Source of the DNA: an uncultured archaeon
GTDB taxonomy: Archaea; Asgardarchaeota; Thorarchaeia; Thorarchaeales; Thorarchaeaceae
NCBI GenBank assembly: GCA_964354495.1
Contig: CAYHAA010000007.1
Span: forward strand, 1-32,000
Length of the DNA: 32,000 nt
Reading direction: 5' to 3'
Shown here: positions 28,598 through 32,000 of the stretch, piece by piece
Layout of the letters: the number at the start of each line of letters is the position of its first letter
Position numbering within the stretch: position 1 is the first letter of the stretch
Program-made: the position numbers and the translations under genes
The notes under the pieces: generated by a model
Told to the model about the DNA's origin: nothing
Seen by the model: only the letters and a program-made list of their open reading frames with translations
Database searches by the model: none

Positions 28598-28947
28598 GGC
28601 CTTGGTCCAAAGAATAACCCCGATTCTGTTCCACCTCATCTCGTTACCGAAATGAAGTCTTGCAACATCGAACTAACGCTCTCTACCCTACATCTTGGAC
28701 CGACGCCTCAGCGATGTATTCTTGAGATTGCTCAACAGTGATGGGCCGTTTCAGCCTGTCCGAACGAGTCCTCAACAGATTCAAGTCCGTATCATTGTCA
28801 CATCCCGTTCGGGGGTGTCGTTTCTGTTCCCAGAGCGAGGCTCTCGCCTCCCTGCTTTCACAGGACTGTTGTCGGTATGAGTCAGGAGTTTCCTCAGCTC
28901 TCATCCCGGGGGATAAGTACCGTCAGTTGCACTTCTGCTCCAAGGCC
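28598..28947 (-). ncRNA. rnpB: RNase P RNA, complete copy (copy 1)
   Basis: P1 GGCCTTGG/CCAAGGCC; CR-I GAGGAAACTCCTGA (28882-28895); ACAGAAAC; CTGAAACGG; GAGCAA; TTAGTTCGATG; CR-V GAACAGAATCGGGGTTA (28615-28632); P4 AAC(U)CCUGA pairs with UCGGGGUU; 350 nt. Confidence 0.9.
28742..28942. repeat. 201-bp perfect direct repeat, copy 1 (partner 31374-31574)
   Basis: Base-by-base identity by eye from tgggccgtttc to cttctgctcca. Confidence 0.95.
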
Positions 28948-28968
28948 TATTCCAATTTGCATTCATCG

Positions 28969-28976
28969 CTATAAAA
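28969..28976 (-). promoter_or_regulatory. TATA box of the complete rnpB copy
   Basis: TTTTATAG 22-29 nt upstream of the P1 5' strand. Confidence 0.6.
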
Positions 28977-29000
28977 GTAATTGGGTGAGTTAATAGAATA

Positions 29001-31232
29001 TCATATCGTTTCCTTTGAGAATTTGAATATTCGAATCTTCCCTCTTGAAATTGGAGGAGTCCAGCAGATAATATAAACTCGTTCTACATTCATCGTGCGT
29101 GCTTTTCTATTTCCTAATCTGACTATATCTTCTTTCCGTGATTCTATATTCTCCATGCATCCAAATATCACGCTAATTTTGCCAATAACGAGGGGTTTTG
29201 AAACTGGTGTTCCTTTTCTTATTTTTTGTTTTTCGCAACCTTTTATGATTTTTACTATCTTGGAACGGATTGCTTCATTTGATTCCAATAAGTGAAGACA
29301 TACAGAAACGAAATGATTTGGTTGCTCATCCTCCAAACGAGATAGTAATGCTTCAAAGACGGAATCCATCTTGAAATATGGTTTGGATGTTATACTGCCT
29401 TGGACCTGTGACGATGAATAATATGCATCTAGATCCTGAGTGTGTGAGGATATCATGAATCTATCAACATCTTTGAATCTTTCTTCCTGATGGGATAGAT
29501 CGTTTTGAAGAAACCTTCCAAAATAATCCATTTCATCAAATGCTTCAATCAATGAATCTTCATTCTGAGCGATTCGTTCTCTGAGATAGTGGAGAAAGAT
29601 AGATGGATGATTAATTATTTCCGAAACGATGCGAAGGTCGTTGAGATATACAAACCAAGGCCATTCTTTTCCTATAACCAAACCCAATTTCTTTGCTGTT
29701 GAGAGGTGTGAACTCAATTCATACAAAGGTTCGTCGTTAATCAGGATGATGAATATGTTTTCAAATTTCTTTTGCTCGATTTGAACTACTGGAACACCCC
29801 TATCATTATAGAAAATAACAGAAGGGGCTGATTTAATAAATCGGAGTGCTCTGGTTGCTTGATCATTTGCTTTCGTCAGTATTTCACTAAGACTATCTAT
29901 TATACCCTGAATAGATCCTCGTTTCTTTTGCCTAGGAATTTGACCAGCTTTGGCTTCTATGATAATGAGCACATCGTCATAGATTACGAGTCCATCAAGT
30001 TCATAGAGCTGTGGTTTAGAACCCTCTATCGGACCGTATCGTAACTTTGGGAATACCTTAGAAGATGGGAGCAAAGTTCGAATGTAACGCAATGATGTTT
30101 CTTCAACGTATTCATCTCTAGATTTGAGATATTTTTGGAATTGGTTTGGTGATTGCTGTTTGAGAAGATGCTCCGATATGAGTCGTAAATTTCTCAATGC
30201 TAAGGATGGATTGAAAACGTAGTATTGTTGATTGTGCTTAATAATCGGACGGAGTGAGATTATTGTATCATTTGTGGGCCATCCTCTCCATTCTGTTTTT
30301 GCAGGGCTAAGAAAATCAACATTGTTTCCGAGTTCGCAGCTTAGACATTGCAGAATCTTGTCATCAGTTGTTTTCTGCGGTTCCACTTCAAAAGCATATA
30401 ATAATTCCAAGGGGCGTAAATCAGAATGTATGCTTCTTGGTTCGCATTGAACATCTTCCCTTGATTTTAGTAAACCTGTATTGAATTTTCCATGTAATTC
30501 TGCTATTGTGTCAAATATATCGCGTTCTTGTTGCATAGTTAAGAGATACTTGCTTTTTACTCTTTGAAAGAACTCATATAGGTCTTGAGCTGAAAAACCA
30601 ATTGTGTTTTCTAGGTATTGGCTTTGTTTCCTGAATAGTTCTAGAAATGTTTGATCTAGATGCTGGATATAGGCATCGCCTCTTCTGAACAAATAGGAAA
30701 GAATTAGTTTGAATCTCAATTCAGCCTCAACTGGATTCTCTTGATTGGTTACAAATTCAGAGCCGAAATAGTTGGAAACATTCAATTCGAGTTCATTCCA
30801 AAGACTGAGAGCTTTTTCTATCTCTGCTCTTTTTGGCTCTTTCCAAGTAGATGAGTAAGGCTTCGAAGTAGCTATACTCATTAAATATTCTATGAGCGAC
30901 TCGTCTGTTGAATCAGATGATATTCCCGAGGCTCTAATTTGAACTAATTTTTGAATTTCTGCAATAATCGATAATGGGTTGTATTCTACGACAAGACTTT
31001 CGAATTTGCTTATTATGATATCTACCGCTCTCTTGAAATCCGGTTTTCTATTGCGTAGATTTTCAATGAATAGCTTATGTTGTCTGGAATCCCATCTAGA
31101 TGTAATTGAAATATACTTACCTTCCCTATGGATCGTAAAGGGGCCATGCTCGAAGGTTTCAGAATCATCTATCTTAGATGCTTCTTCTCTAGTGGATTTC
31201 TTTCCTCTATGTATGTACTTCTTCTTCTTCAA
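29001..31232 (-). CDS. NERD/PD-(D/E)xK nuclease-domain protein (743 aa), AT-rich cargo
   Basis: YELDGLVIYDDVLIIIEAKAG motif; visibly more AT-rich than the flanking core genes. Confidence 0.75.
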   Translation of the reverse strand: MKKKKYIHRGKKSTREEASKIDDSETFEHGPFTIHREGKYISITSRWDSRQHKLFIENLRNRKPDFKRAVDIIISKFESLVVEYNPLSIIAEIQKLVQIRASGISSDSTDESLIEYLMSIATSKPYSSTWKEPKRAEIEKALSLWNELELNVSNYFGSEFVTNQENPVEAELRFKLILSYLFRRGDAYIQHLDQTFLELFRKQSQYLENTIGFSAQDLYEFFQRVKSKYLLTMQQERDIFDTIAELHGKFNTGLLKSREDVQCEPRSIHSDLRPLELLYAFEVEPQKTTDDKILQCLSCELGNNVDFLSPAKTEWRGWPTNDTIISLRPIIKHNQQYYVFNPSLALRNLRLISEHLLKQQSPNQFQKYLKSRDEYVEETSLRYIRTLLPSSKVFPKLRYGPIEGSKPQLYELDGLVIYDDVLIIIEAKAGQIPRQKKRGSIQGIIDSLSEILTKANDQATRALRFIKSAPSVIFYNDRGVPVVQIEQKKFENIFIILINDEPLYELSSHLSTAKKLGLVIGKEWPWFVYLNDLRIVSEIINHPSIFLHYLRERIAQNEDSLIEAFDEMDYFGRFLQNDLSHQEERFKDVDRFMISSHTQDLDAYYSSSQVQGSITSKPYFKMDSVFEALLSRLEDEQPNHFVSVCLHLLESNEAIRSKIVKIIKGCEKQKIRKGTPVSKPLVIGKISVIFGCMENIESRKEDIVRLGNRKARTMNVERVYIICWTPPISRGKIRIFKFSKETI

Positions 31233-31312
31233 AACCTATTCTCCCATTTCGTGCAGAAGAATCAAACACATAGTTCTACTAAGTCATCGTCACATCGCAA
31301 TAAGAATCCCTT

Positions 31313-31590
31313 CCTACCCTACACCTCAGGTCGACACGTCAACAGTGTATTCTTGGAATTGCTCAACCAGTGTTGGGCCGTTTCAGCCTGTCCGAACGAG
31401 TCCTCAACAGATTCAAGTCCGTATCATTGTCACATCCCGTTCGGGGGTGTCGTTTCTGTTCCCAGAGCGAGGCTCTCGCCTCCCTGCTTTCACAGGACTG
31501 TTGTCGGTATGAGTCAGGAGTTTCCTCAGCTCTCATCCCGGGGGATAAGTACCGTCAGTTGCACTTCTGCTCCAGAGCTACATCTCTCTT
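31313..31590 (-). pseudogene. rnpB: RNase P RNA, 5'-intact and 3'-truncated copy (copy 2)
   Basis: Own P1 5' strand, 201-nt core identical to copy 1, then ~60 nt diverged; no CR-V or P4 3' strand before the NERD gene. Confidence 0.8.
31374..31574. repeat. 201-bp perfect direct repeat, copy 2 (partner 28742-28942)
   Basis: Identical to 28742-28942; offset 2632 bp. Confidence 0.95.
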
Positions 31591-31602
31591 TATGATTCAA
31601 CT

Positions 31603-31610
31603 CATAAAAA
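31603..31610 (-). promoter_or_regulatory. TATA box of rnpB copy 2
   Basis: TTTTTATG 21-28 nt upstream of TGTAGCTCTGG, just downstream of the cbf5 stop. Confidence 0.55.
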
Positions 31611-31631
31611 GATGGCTAAATCACATAATAC

Positions 31632-32000
31632 TCACTCGTCCGCAGAGTGTTTCTTCCACATCTGAGGATATCTCCCTCTGACCATCAAGACACGCTCGCT
31701 GGTAGCCACTATCCCGCTCTTGGCCTTCGCGATCCTCTCACTGTTATCATTGCTCGTTGCCAGCGCAACGGCTTCCCCCTTCAAGGTCTTGATGAGTAAA
31801 AGGTCTCCATTCTTGATGCCTGTGTTCAAACTGAGAACTCCTGTTGCAGCAAGGTCCGCACCGTGGCATATTGCATCAACGGCGGAGTCTCGTATCTGTA
31901 TGAATGGCAAATGGCCTAAGGCGAACTCCGTAGGCAGCAGATATCTGCGAAGGAGTTTCTCGTCACCATTCTCCTTCCAGAAGATGTAGGCGTCTTTCAG
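31632..32000 (-). CDS. cbf5: H/ACA pseudouridine synthase Cbf5 (TruB family), C-terminal PUA part; 5' end outside the window
   Basis: LKDAYIFWKENGDEKLLRRYLLPTE...IRDSAVDAICHGADLAATGV...TLKGEAVALA...ERVLMVRGRYPQMWK. Confidence 0.92.
   Translation of the reverse strand: MKDAYIFWKENGDEKLLRRYLLPTEFALGHLPFIQIRDSAVDAICHGADLAATGVLSLNTGIKNGDLLLIKTLKGEAVALATSNDNSERIAKAKSGIVATSERVLMVRGRYPQMWKKHSADE

Larger units (their letters stand above)
24052..31590. mobile_element. Putative composite genomic island inserted in or bracketed by rnpB
   Basis: Bounded by complementary rnpB ends; contains an internal complete rnpB, nuclease-like cargo and a TnpB fragment; no integrase seen. Confidence 0.5.

Noticed and set aside
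23290-28640. The three ~40-bp repeats as a CRISPR array
   Set aside because: Spacing is kilobases and irregular, no cas genes are present, and the repeats are rnpB 3' ends.
28683-28974. Short ORFs over the repeat (also 30979-31681)
   Set aside because: Shadow ORFs on RNase P RNA sequence.

Overview
Archaeal chromosome segment, most likely Asgard (Thorarchaeota-like). This rests on a two-domain gelsolin gene (unannotated in the ORF track because it runs off the left edge) and a longin-like/Arf-like small GTPase fusion, set among archaeal core genes (uS13-uS4-uS11, TiaS, Tsr3, Cbf5, RNase Z, GGR-family reductase, asparaginase, intron-containing tRNA-Ser). The left 22 kb is mostly housekeeping, with secreted or membrane-anchored accessory proteins and a decayed IS607 tnpA. 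The right ~9 kb is an accessory region built around the RNase P RNA gene (rnpB), which occurs four times on the minus strand: one complete copy with its own TATA box (28598-28947), one 5'-intact but 3'-truncated copy sharing a 201-bp identical core (~31313-31590), and two 3'-end fragments (~24052-24125, ~23290-23335). Cargo between these copies comprises an AT-rich NERD/PD-(D/E)xK protein, a 5'-truncated TnpB, a 5'-truncated ~1250-aa protein with a RecB-type nuclease motif, and a small membrane protein. A stand-alone copy of the TnpB 3'-end (omegaRNA-like) structure, with its own TATA box, lies upstream of tiaS. All calls come from manual reading; no database searches were run.
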